Origin: Eledone cirrhosa
Taxonomy: Eukaryota
NCBI GenBank assembly: GCA_964016885.1
Contig: OZ024741.1
Location: 358,174,001 to 358,238,000, forward strand
Direction of reading: 5' to 3'
DNA: 64,000 bases
The notes under the pieces are model-generated. The model saw nothing but the letters and a program-made list of their open reading frames with translations. It searched no databases and was not told the DNA's origin. Position numbers and translations under genes: made by a program. Shown here in pieces: positions 41,857 through 53,699 of this stretch. How positions within the stretch are numbered: position 1 is the first letter of the stretch; every line of letters starts with the position of its first letter.

Positions 41857-41932
41857 CGCCAAGAACAACACCACCAGCACCACAACCAACAACAACAACA
41901 ACAACGCCAAGAACAACACCACCACCACCACC

Positions 41933-41964
<32 letters not shown>

Positions 41965-42121
41965 CAACGCCAAGAACAACACCACCACCACAACCATCAC
42001 CACCACCAACAACAACAACAACGCCAAGAACAACACCACAACCACCACCACCACCACCACCAACAACAACAACAACGCCAAGAACAACACCACCACCACC
42101 ACCACAACCACCACCACCACC

Positions 42122-42153
<32 letters not shown>

Positions 42154-42253
42154 CAACGCCAAGAACAACACCACCACCACCACCACAACCACCACCACCA
42201 GCACCACCACCACCACCAACAACAACAACGCCAAGAACAACACCACCACAACT

Positions 42254-42285
<32 letters not shown>

Positions 42286-42310
42286 CAACGCCAAGAACAA
42301 CACCACAACC

Positions 42311-42342
<32 letters not shown>

Positions 42343-42400
42343 CAACGCCAAGAACAACACCACAACCACCACCACCACCACCACCACCACCACCACCACC

Positions 42401-42432
<32 letters not shown>

Positions 42433-42544
42433 CGCCAAGAACAACACCACAACCACCACCACAACCACCACCACCACCACCACCACCACCACCACCACCA
42501 CCACCACCAACAACAACAACGCCAAGAACACCACCACCACCACC

Positions 42545-42576
<32 letters not shown>

Positions 42577-42748
42577 CGCCAAGAACAACACCACAACCAC
42601 CACCACAACCACCACCACCACCACCACCACAACCACCACCAACAACAACAACGCCAAGAACAACACCACCACCACCACCACCACCACCACCACCACCAAC
42701 AACAACAACAACGCCAAGAACAACACCACAACCACCACCACAACCACC

Positions 42749-42779
<31 letters not shown>

Positions 42780-42900
42780 CCACAACCACCACCACCACCA
42801 CCACCAACAACAACAACACCAACAACAACGAAATTAAAAGCACCAACATCAACTCTAACTGCAATAAAGACAATAACAACAATAACTGCACAATGAACAA
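41038..42900 (+). repeat. Compound (CCA)n/(CAA)n minisatellite with GCCAAGAACAACA anchor
   Basis: Roughly 30 variable-length units; frame preserved, giving a 612-aa P/T-rich ORF. Confidence 0.9.
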
Positions 42901-42950
42901 CACCTACTGTACAGTGACAACAACAAGAGAAACTGTGAGAGCAGAAACAA

Positions 42951-42986
<36 letters not shown>

Positions 42987-43181
42987 TGGGGGATGTGCGT
43001 GCGTGTGTGTGTGTGTGTTAGTAGGAACTTGATATCAAACTATTATCATAAAGTTTATTCAGGTCGATATCGATCGATACGGCTCGCACCTTGAGCTGAT
43101 CAGTCGAGAAACACGCGCCACACCAGAGAAAATTTAATCGTGATATCTTAACATCTCGTTCCTACTTATTATTGTTATTGT

Positions 43182-43672
43182 GGCGGTGGATTGGCAGTAT
43201 CGGTAGAGGTTCGGACGCCATGCTTTGACGCATAGAGTTACGGCCCAGTTCAAATCCCGCCGAGGTTAACTTTGCCTTTCATCCTTACGGGGTCGATAAA
43301 ATAAAGTACCAGTAATGTACTGGGTAATTTTCTGGCCTTGTGCCAATAGTAGAAACAATTATTGTTATTGTGGTGGATTGGTTAATTTTGCCTTTCATCC
43401 TTATGGGGTCGATAAAATAAAGTACCAGTAATACACTGGGATAATTGCTGGCCTTGTGCCAAAAGTAGAAACAATTGTTGTGGTGGATGGCAGTATCAGT
43501 AGAGAGTCGGACCTCATGCTTTGCAGCATAGAGTTACGTCCCTTCACGGCCTCAGTTCAAATCCCGCCGAGGTTAACTTTGCCTTTCATCCTTACGGGGT
43601 CGATAAAATAAAGTACCAGTAATGCACTGAGTAATTGCTGGCCTTGTGCCAAAAATAGAAACAGTTATTGTT
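43182..43672 (+). mobile_element. Head-to-tail array of three S1 SINEs
   Basis: Copies start at ~43182, 43372 (internally deleted) and 43481, separated by ATT/GTT tails. Confidence 0.85.
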
Positions 43673-43798
43673 ATTGTTACTGTTGTTGTGGTTGTTACTA
43701 TTGTTGTAACTGCTATTGTTACTTTTGCTATTGCCAAAAGTGTTTTTCTGTTCATTTTTTTAACCGTATAAACAGTTTTGTAATTATGTAATTTTCCA

Positions 43799-43897
43799 CA
43801 TCGGCTGGCTGTAAACAACCGACATCGGCTGGCTGTAAACAACCGACATCGGCTGGCTGTAAACAACCGACGTCGGCTGGCTGTAAACAACCGACAT
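43799..43897 (+). repeat. 24-bp tandem repeat x4 (CATCGGCTGGCTGTAAACAACCGA)
   Basis: Four near-perfect units with no spacers. Confidence 0.95.
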
Positions 43898-44204
43898 TCA
43901 ATTTCCTTTCTGCTTCACTTTCTCTAAAAGCAGTATCGGAGACGTCTCACGACGCCACCATGATTGTTTTATACAATCAAATAAACTTTTTATTAGAAGA
44001 GAGAGAAAGAGAGAGGGAACATTGACAAGCCACTCGGGGGTGTCTTTCAAAAACAAAAATATTCTACCTACAGAGAGCTGGCAGACTTGTCTAAATTTTT
44101 ATCAAGTTTCAAACTTAAATAAAAGCCTACAGAATATAGAAAAAGGTTAAAATACATTGAAAAAAACTGGAGCCGATGCTACGCGTGGCTTATGCTTCAA
44201 TAAT

Positions 44205-44382
44205 AACAATTGTTTCTACTTTTGGCGCAAGGCCAGCAATTACCCAGTACATTACTGGTACTTTATTTTATCGACCCCGTAAGGATGAAAGGCAAAGTTA
44301 ACCTCGGCAGGATTTGAACTCAGACCGTAAAGGGACGTAACTATGCTGGAAAGCATGGTGTCCGACCCTCTAGCGATACTGC
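44205..44382 (-). mobile_element. tRNA-derived SINE (S1)
   Basis: Reverse complement of S1. Confidence 0.85.
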
Positions 44383-44496
44383 TTCAATAATGATAATAAT
44401 AATTGTTTCTACTTTAGGCACAAGGCCAGTAATTTGAAGGAATGGGAAAGTCAATTAAATCGACCCTTATTAATGCTTTATTTCATTGATGCTTTA

Positions 44497-44860
44497 TTTC
44501 TTCTTCTTCGCCCACTTATTCCCGAGAGGGTCGTGGGCGCCAGAGTCCTCAAACACTCCTCCCAGCGGGCTCTATCAGAATCAACCAGCTCCAATTGATC
44601 CGGCTGGATCCCCAAACACGACCAGCGAAGCACATGGATGTTATCCAGCCATCATGCTTTGGGCCTACTCTTGGGTCTCCTGCCGATTGGTTTTTGCTCG
44701 TAAAGTCTGTCCAACGATTTTTTTCCTGAGACATTCTAATCACATGCCTGTAATATCGGAGCTGTAGTCTCTCAATTCGGCGAAGCAACCGCTACATCTG
44801 GAGCGACACTGATCTCCGAGCTATGCACTCTATTGAGTAACGTTACGCCAAAGACCCTCC
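44497..44860 (-). mobile_element. Rex3/Expander-like LINE 3' remnant
   Basis: LRRIERLQLRYYRHVIRMSQE; short (TTC) tail. Confidence 0.75.
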
Positions 44861-45159
44861 AAAGACCCTGTTAGTGCTCTGGTGGTATGAAAGCTGTTTA
44901 TCATTGTTCACTTTTCAGCACAAACATCATTCTTGTTTCCCAAATAGATCTTTGCATAATCCCACATGGGTGGGAGTCTCGTACTATGCCTTGCTAAAGG
45001 GCAACCTGGGATTTGGTCTAGGACTACTTATTCATTATATTCGCAGCTAACCTCAATATCTGAAGGTCGTTCCTTTATCCACCATCCGAGGAGCCGGTAT
45101 TCTAGGAGTTATCTTCTCTACAAACAATATATATATATGTGTGTGTGTGAATGAGTGTA

Positions 45160-45221
<62 letters not shown>

Positions 45222-45224
<3 letters not shown>

Positions 45225-45407
45225 CACCGTATTTTTAGACTAAAGAAATTTCTAGCCTGATAGTGGGGTTTATAACCCTCGGAGAAATGGGAAAAAGATG
45301 AGTGTTGCCGTACATGTACGGCAACACTCATCTTTTTCCCATTTCTCCGAGGGTTATAAACCCCACTATCAGGCTAGAAATTTCTTTAGTCTAAAAATAC
45401 GGTGAAA
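45222..45407. repeat. Perfect spacer-less 186-bp palindrome adjacent to (TA)n
   Basis: 93-bp arms centred on GTACA|TGTAC; right arm homologous to 58098-58195. Confidence 0.9.
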
Positions 45408-45487
45408 GCTTATAATTTCTAATTTCTAATTTCAAACTCGCGCACCGTTTCAAAAACATACTTACATGTTTACGGTTATAATTTACT

Positions 45488-45593
<106 letters not shown>

Positions 45594-45813
45594 TATAAGA
45601 AACAATTGTCAAGACTTCCCTCTGGAAGAACAATTGTCAGCAAATAAATGTTCTAAACTAAAATTTGATCGTTTTAACACTTTGTATCTCGGCTCTGTAA
45701 AACACTTGAAAATTTGCATCGAGCCTTTTGTCATACCGGTAACTGGCTAGTACTTAGTACTAGCCTACATATTTATAGTTGTATTAAACATATATAAATA
45801 TAAATATTCTTAT

Positions 45814-45857
<44 letters not shown>

Positions 45858-45943
45858 TTACATTCACACATATATATATATATATATTTCGTTTCTGAAT
45901 TTGTTTAGCAAGATTCTTTATCTGAAATCGTGTGTTGAAACCG

Positions 45944-46414
45944 ATATTGTTATACTTTGGGAGGGTCATGTTGCCAATAAGAAACACACGCACCAGTTGC
46001 TTTCACTTCAATTTATTATAATAAATTTATAATAAATTTATAAATTTATAAATTTCTGGTTGGTTGGTTGGTTCCACAACCAGATAGTTGTTTATATATT
46101 GTCATAGTTCTTTCGTCACACACTCTGTGACCTCTTCAGTGACTGGGGATTCCTTTCTTTGTTTCCAAAATGGCGTAGGACAGAACAAAGGAGGGGCACA
46201 GAAACAAAGAAAGGAATCCCCAGTCACTGAAGAGGTCACAGAGTGTGTGACGAAAGAACTATGACAATATATAAACAACTATCTGGTTGTGGAACCAACC
46301 AACCAACCAGAAATTTATAAATTTATAAATTTATTATAAATTTATTATAATAAATTGAAGTGAAAGCAACTGGTGCGTGTGTTTCTTATTGGCAACATGA
46401 CCCTCCCAAAGTAT

Positions 46415-46422
<8 letters not shown>
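45944..46422. mobile_element. Family B Penelope pseudo-LTR hairpin (~220-bp arms) with two hammerheads
   Basis: Arms 45944-46165 and 46201-46422; homologous to 23045-23323; ends in (TA)n. Confidence 0.9.
46223..46265 (+). ncRNA. Minimal type I hammerhead ribozyme (mirror copy at 46101-46143, minus strand)
   Basis: GTCA-CTGAAGA-G-GTCACA-GAGTG-TGTGAC-GAAAG-AA-CTA-TGAC. Confidence 0.85.
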
Positions 46423-46464
<42 letters not shown>

Positions 46465-46658
46465 ATACTTGGGGAGGGTCATATTTTTATAATAATATTG
46501 CCAGAATTAATAACAGAACACACTCACTGTTTGGTTGGTTTTCGCTTCTGTGTCTTTTATATCGGTTAATTTAATTTATTCGGTCCTCAATGTTACCATT
46601 GACTGACCAACGGTCAAAAATACAGATATAATATAGACACAAGCACATATATATAGTC

Positions 46659-46702
46659 TAACAAAGTTCTTTCGTTGCACATCTGCAACATCGTCAGTGG
46701 TG
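46659..46702 (-). ncRNA. Hammerhead motif (family B relative)
   Basis: CA-CTGACGA-T-GTTGCA-GATG-TGCAAC-GAAAG-AA-CTT-TG; stem I weak. Confidence 0.6.
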
Positions 46703-47639
46703 CTATTATGTTTCCTCCCGTTGCATTGTATGCCTACGCCATCTTTATTTAGTCTGTTTATTTATTTATTTTTTTTTTTTTGTCTTCTGTGATTGTTTCA
46801 TGCATTTATTTTAAATATATATATATGTCAATCAATTTCTAGTTGATATAAAATGCTCGGATCTATTCATTGGAATCTTTGAGCTTATTCTACAGTGGAT
46901 ATGGCGCATGTCTCGGACATGACTCCCTTAATTTAATTTAATTAAATTTATTTCGGATATATATATATTCTAGCAGCAGCATGTAAAGTTCCTTCACTGC
47001 ACTATCGCTCTTTTGTTCTAATCTCCCAAACATCAAAGTTGTTCCACAAGCGATCATATTTCTGTGTTTTGTCAGTGTGTCATGACAGGCTACATTGTGA
47101 AATGTTCATTTTTAATATATAATGTGTAACGTGTGACTTTTCTGAGGGCTGCTTGTTCTTTATAATCGGCTGAGTGACCATATACAGTATATGTCCATTC
47201 ACCTGTTGCTTCATCTGTAGTTTTATTGGATAAGAATAAAAGAAAATAAATCAAAATGAAATATATCCTATGGATTTTTATTGTGACTACTCCTTTAAAG
47301 ATATTTTGAAGTAAAAAGTATTTTTTTTAGTCACGTTTTATTTATATACAATAGACACAGACGTGACATTTAGTATGACATAAGTGCCTTTTAAATGATT
47401 ATTGCGATTGTTATCTACAATATCGTTTACTATTAGCAGTTATTTTGGGTTACTATAAACAACAAAGTTACCGACGAATGGCAAGAGGAATCCTCAAATT
47501 GTCTGTCTAATTTGCGTGACTTATGATTGGCAATGTATTGTAAGCATAATTACATCTTCAAGAAGATGCCTTACATTCAGTCATCTTCGGTGATCATAGT
47601 ATTGGCCAGGAGGCCAATACTGATGTTATCAGACGGTGT

Positions 47640-48115
47640 TTACTGTTCATTGGGTGTTTTGACCCTCAACCGTAAAACCCACTCGCTGGTTAGTCAGCAT
47701 TGGTGTCCAAATTACCACCCATTTTCGCATCCTGCCTTCCAGCTTATTTCCTTTCTCCTGCTCCAAAGCTAACAAGAGACCCTTTCTGCTGCGTTCCCCA
47801 TCCTGCGAACTGCCTCTCTTCCTATCATTCCATTGGCAGTGAGAATTCTCTATATTGAGTGTGCTGGGAATCCCTACTTCGACTGGAAATAGCCATGCCT
47901 GCCAACCTTTATCCCTACACTCCTGCACAAGTCCTTGATACTTGGCACTCTTTCCTTCAAAGGCGTTGTCACACTCTTCTTTCCATGGGACTGGGGGTTC
48001 AATCGGGATTATCTTATTTATCCTTTCAAACTAACGTACTGCATCTGGCCTCAGGGAGGTAGATTGTTGTTTCCCCAGGTTGTTCAAGCATCCCTGAGGC
48101 TAGATGCAGTACTTA
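47640..48115 (-). mobile_element. HERO-like RLE non-LTR retrotransposon 3' fragment
   Basis: RPDAV.., VPWEEECDNAFERKSAKYQGLVQECRDKGWQAWLFPVEVG. Confidence 0.7.
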
Positions 48116-48116
48116 T

Positions 48117-48217
<101 letters not shown>

Positions 48218-48485
48218 CTTTGATAACTTTGATAGGTTTCGGCCAGCATTGGCACAGGCCATGCCTAACTTAATAACACCGATATATATATATATATGTG
48301 AGCCTTGTTTTAATGATATTTGCATTCATTTAAAATAAACCACATATTTTCACTAGTTAGTTTTATTGAATTTTTGTTTGACACTAGAATAGCGATGAAA
48401 TACCAATGAAGGTTGGAAGATCACTGATGAAGGACTAATTTTATTCATAAGTAACCCATGTGCAACTACGCAGCACTTCATTTTT

Positions 48486-48535
<50 letters not shown>

Positions 48536-48807
48536 GGAATAATAATAAATTTGAAAACTAAAATCCAAAGAGGGCTCGATAAGGATAAATATATATCAAA
48601 TATATAAGAACCGTAGAGCAAATAAACTTTAATCTGTTATTTTAATAAAAAAAAAAAAAAAAATATATATATAGTAATAATAATAAATGTGAAGACTAAA
48701 ATCCAAAGAGGGCTCGATGTGGGTGTTTATGTATATGTATGTATGCGTGTACGTATGTATGTATATGTTTATATGTTTGTATGTGTGTGTATATGTGTAT
48801 GTATATG

Positions 48808-48886
<79 letters not shown>

Positions 48887-48903
48887 GTGTATGTATATGT
48901 ATG

Positions 48904-48939
<36 letters not shown>

Positions 48940-48991
48940 TACATACATGTATATGTATATATGTTTGTATGTGTGTGTATATGTGTATGTG

Positions 48992-49045
<54 letters not shown>

Positions 49046-49148
49046 AATGAAGTAATTCCATTGGAAAAGTCCAGGAAAAAAGAGTGCTCTATGTAGGCAA
49101 CAGAGATTAATTATTATTATTATGTAATAAACAACATAAGGCAATTAT

Positions 49149-49206
49149 TCCATTTACCAGTGGTTTCTTAAAAGCAAAAGGTTTTGCTTTCAATCCTCAG
49201 AATGAA
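49149..49206 (-). ncRNA. Type I hammerhead ribozyme motif
   Basis: TTCATT-CTGAGGA-TTGAAAGCAAAA-CC-TTTTGCTTTTAA-GAAAC-CACTG-GTA-AATGGA. Confidence 0.8.
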
Positions 49207-49467
49207 AAAATCCTGATTTGTTTATTGAATTTGGATTTTAAAAAACAAAAATGCAATCTATATGAAAGTGAGGCTGGAGAAGGGAGAAGGAAAGGAAAAA
49301 TAAAATAAAACTACACATGCAAACACACACACAAAAAAACACAAAAGCATACTTACACACACATACATATATACATATATATATATGTACGCATACATAT
49401 ATACATATACACATATATATAAAACGTACACTTACATACACATACACATATATACACATACATAATT

Positions 49468-49605
<138 letters not shown>

Positions 49606-49787
49606 CACATATACATATGTATATATATATATATATTTATTTATTTATTTAGGTTTGTTGGTTCACCACTGGATAGAATTGATCATTCCGTATGGTCAAT
49701 CTTGATGTAATATTATGGAGAGTACTCAACGTAATGCAGCTCACCCGTCTTCGTTTGTGTAGTTGTTGGTGCGAATACGGAGTTAAT

Positions 49788-50128
49788 TATTATGAATAAA
49801 ATAACAGGAGGCTGGACTGGTGTAAATCCTTGAAAAGTTTATTATACTATGATCATTTCAATGACCGGGTTCCGTATGAATTCGGTGATATCATCAGGTA
49901 TTCGAAATATAAAAAAGGAATATATAAAAATCCAGGGGTGACCGAGGTGAAAACAGCTAGTTGGTCAGTTTCTGATTTTCGGACCCCTGGATCTTTATAT
50001 ATTCCCTTGTTATATTTCGAATACCTGATGATATCACCGATCTCATACTGAACCCGGTCATTGAAATGATCATAGTATAATAAACTTTTCAAGGATTTAC
50101 ACCAGTCCAGCCTCCTGTTATTTTATTC

Positions 50129-50134
<6 letters not shown>
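49788..50134. repeat. Inverted repeat (~150-bp arms) carrying hammerheads on both strands
   Basis: Arms 49788-49939 and 49983-50134 with a few mismatches; ATAC-CTGATGA..GAAAT-GATC-ATA-GTAT at 50021-50078 (+) and 49844-49901 (-); right arm ends in (TA)n. Confidence 0.85.
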
Positions 50135-50187
<53 letters not shown>

Positions 50188-50190
<3 letters not shown>

Positions 50191-51223
50191 AATAATGGAG
50201 CTGCGGCGTTGCAAATGGGATACATATGAAAAAGTGAGTCCTTCATCAGTGACCCTCCAACCGTCCTCGGCATTTCATCGCTTTAAGGGCCATATGCCTC
50301 TGGTTGGTGCGAACAACGGCTAAAAAAAGTCGTTGGGACACGTAAACAAAGGGGGACGCTAGAGTAACAACAAAAAAGTTTAAGCAACGGAAAGTGAGTA
50401 GAAATAGACAAGTCCCAGATCTCTATGAATATAAACTCTGTGAAATCGTGAACAAGAGACGAATCTCATTTGCAACGCCGCAGCTCCATTATTATCATAT
50501 ATACACATATATTTTTTCCATGCTGCCTTCGTCTGTTTCGTTCCTTGTATCTTTACCGCTTCTAGCAGTCTCCCTCTCTGTTACTCTCTCCTCAACTTTC
50601 ACTCACCCATTCTCTGTCACTACCTCTCCTCCTCCTCTTTCCTCCTCCTCCTTCAAGTTTGACCTGTGTGTAATTCTTTTCTCGCGCGGTCTTGACCGAG
50701 CTGGTATGGAATTTTTTTCTCTCTCTCTTTCGTCTGCGACTTCACAAAACTTGCGTTTACCGAATTCGTAGACCAGACCCCTTTATCTTCTTCTTCTTCT
50801 TCTTCTTCTTCTTCTTCTTCTTCTTCTTCTTCTTCTTCTTCTTCTTCTTCTTCTTCTTCTTCTTCTTCTTCTTCTTCTTCTTCTTCTTCTTCTTCTTCTT
50901 CTCTCCTTTCTCTCTCTCTCTTTTTCCCCCCCCCGTCAAACTTGGGCGAAATTCTTTCCTTGCTCACATTTCAACCAGGTTTGATGGTCTTTCGTCTCTT
51001 GTTCACGATTTCACAGAGTTTATATTCATAGAGATCTGGGACTTGTCTATTTCTACTCACTTTCCGTTGCTTAAACTTTTTTTGTTGTTACTCTAGCGTC
51101 CCCCTTTGTTTACGTGTCCCAACGACTTTTTTTAGCCGTTGTTCGCACCAACCTGAGGAATATGGCCCTTAAAGCGATGAAATGCCGAGGACGGTTGGAG
51201 GGTCACTGATGAAGGACTCACTT

Positions 51224-51229
<6 letters not shown>
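50188..51229. repeat. Nested inverted duplications bounded by (TA)n
   Basis: 50188-50221 vs 50463-50496 and 50226-50463 vs 50991-51229 are reverse complements; (TTC)n in the spacer. Confidence 0.85.
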
Positions 51230-51258
<29 letters not shown>

Positions 51259-51814
51259 TGATCGCTGGGTGTGTGTATGCGTTGCTGTATGTTTGTATAT
51301 GCGGGTGAGTGTATAGGTATATATATATATGTATTTATGTATATATATGTTGGTATTCTTTTTTAATACACACATATATGTATGTATGTATATGTGTATA
51401 TATGGGTATGTATTAGTGTGTATGTTTGTTTGTACGTGTGTATATGTGTACATAAGGGGTATATGTACGTTTGGTGTAGATATGTGTATTTACCTGTAGG
51501 TATGTGTGTGTGTGTGCGTTATATACGCATTTATGCGTGTATATTTATATATGCATATATAATTATATGCATATACACGCACACACATATATTATATGTG
51601 TACTTGGTGTATACGTTCGTATGTGTGTGGGTATATGTGTCGCGCCGGTTTACGTACGTGTGCGCGTGTTTATGTGTACGTGCTAGTATATGCATGCATG
51701 GTGTGTGTTTCCGCGTATGCACGTGTATGTACGTATATAGATGTGTGTATGTATACATTTAATAACCTTTGTCATTTTCGTTCAACTAATTTATTTACAT
51801 GCTGAGAGCTTTGC

Positions 51815-53130
51815 TCCCCCCCCTGTCTTGGACGTGCGGTCCATTCTCCACCAGGTGCAGGTGACCCCAAAGCGGATGTCCTCATCCTCGGGTCACCGAT
51901 CCATTCGCCGGCCATCCGCTCCACCATCAGGTCTAGGCTCCAACAACTCCAGACCCTCACGAGCCGACTGGGCTGTTGAGAAACTGCTTCGCCATGCCGA
52001 AGCTCCTCTATACCCTTCGCAGCGCTCCGTGCTACACCCACGCATCTCTCCTCGCTGACCTCGGATACTTGTATCCGAGCGACAGCTGAGGAGATATGCA
52101 ACGTCAGGTTTGACGACATTGGATGGCAACAGGCCACTTTACCTGTCAGTTATGGCGGCCTTGGCCTCCGGTCCCCGATCTCGCTGGCTTTGCCGGCGTT
52201 TCTTTCATCGCTAACCTCATGCTACGTCCTCGTCAGAAGGGTTCTCCAAATCACAATAGAACCCTCTGTGTTCCGGGAACGTGAGGTCGCCTGTGAGACG
52301 TGGGACAGGCTGGGACTTAGCCCGATAGATGTCCCTCCTTCTTCTCCCCATGCTGACGTCAAGTCCCCTCAAAGCGTATGGGATGCCATCCAGTGTAGCC
52401 TGGCTTCAGGCAGGCTCACGCGCCAGCTCGACCAGCACCACCTTGCTTGTTTTCGCGCGGCCTCCAAACCCCACAGTTGTGCCCGGCTCCATGCCTTGAC
52501 CCCCTTCTCCATTGGCACGCAGTTGGATAACGATAGCCTGCGCATCCGCGTTTCCTTGAGGTTTGGACTCCGGATCTGCGAGCCACATAAATGTCGCTGT
52601 GGATCCACCGTGAACTCTTTCGGACTCTATCGCCACAATACCGGCCGCCTTCCACGCCATGCTGCCCTCAACGAGGTCATTAAGCAAGGCTTGGACGCTG
52701 CAGGCTTCCCCTCCTAGCTCGGCTGGACCGAGGGGATGGCAAAAGACCAGACGGTATGACCATCTTCCCGTTCCGCGGTGACAAACCCCTCGTCTGGGAT
52801 GCCACTTGCAGCGATACTTCCTCCAGCCGCAACCTGGTTCAGTGCAACTAACCCAGGTACTGCTGCACGTCGGGCTGAGGAGGCCAAACTCTCCAAGTAC
52901 GGGTCGCTCTCCGACAGGTTCGCGGTCGTGCCCTTGGCAGTGGAGACTTCTGGTGTTCTTGGCCCTAGGGCTACCTCCCTATTCTCCACCATAGGCGCTA
53001 AGCTAGCCAGCCGCAGGTGTGAGCCTCGCAAGTTGGAATAGCTCTTCCAGCGCATCTACCTTACCATCCTCCGGGAAACGCCTTCTCCATCCTGTCCGCC
53101 GGGGCTGTGGGGAGGCCAGCACGTGGGATC
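51815..53130 (+). mobile_element. CRE-clade LINE fragment nested in a family A pseudo-LTR
   Basis: Same family as 26325-27700; flanks 51470-51790 and 53225-53583 match consecutive parts of 12670-13512. Confidence 0.8.
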
Positions 53131-53699
53131 CCATTTGCTCACCATACGAATTAATAGGCAAAGTTATAATCTATTGTAAATACGCCTATTTAATTGTCAA
53201 GCGAAGAAAAAAAAAGTGTAATGGCTCCATTTATACCATAAACGTGGTTTTGCCTTTGCGTGTAATTGTTCTCTCGATCCACATAACAACGTATTATCTT
53301 CGCTTTTTTCCGTTCATTGCCAGGGAACGTCCTCACGAACCAAAGTATCATCTTTCTGTCTTCCTCCGGTTGCAACGTTTTTCAAAATATTTACTTCTGC
53401 GTTCACAGATTGATTTTTTTAAGTTTCAGAAGATCCCGTTAAGGGTGAAAGCAGCGATTCTTTGCTTAAACTTTAATCTGTTATTTTAATAAATATTTGC
53501 TCTAGGGTTCTTATATATTTGATATATATTTATCCTTATCGAGCCCTCGTTGGATTTTAGTCTTCACATTTATTATTATTACTATATATATATATATATT
53601 GGTGCTATTAAGTTAAGCATGGCCTGGGCCAATACTGGCCGAAACCTATCAAAGTTATCAAAGATTTCAACCGGTAGACCTCAAGCGAGCGGTCAATGC

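Noticed and set aside
43799-43897. CRISPR-like array
   Set aside because: Units are contiguous with no unique spacers; eukaryotic context and no cas genes.
48421-48460. CTGATGA hammerhead candidates at 48424 and 51206
   Set aside because: No downstream GAAA/stem III arrangement could be built.
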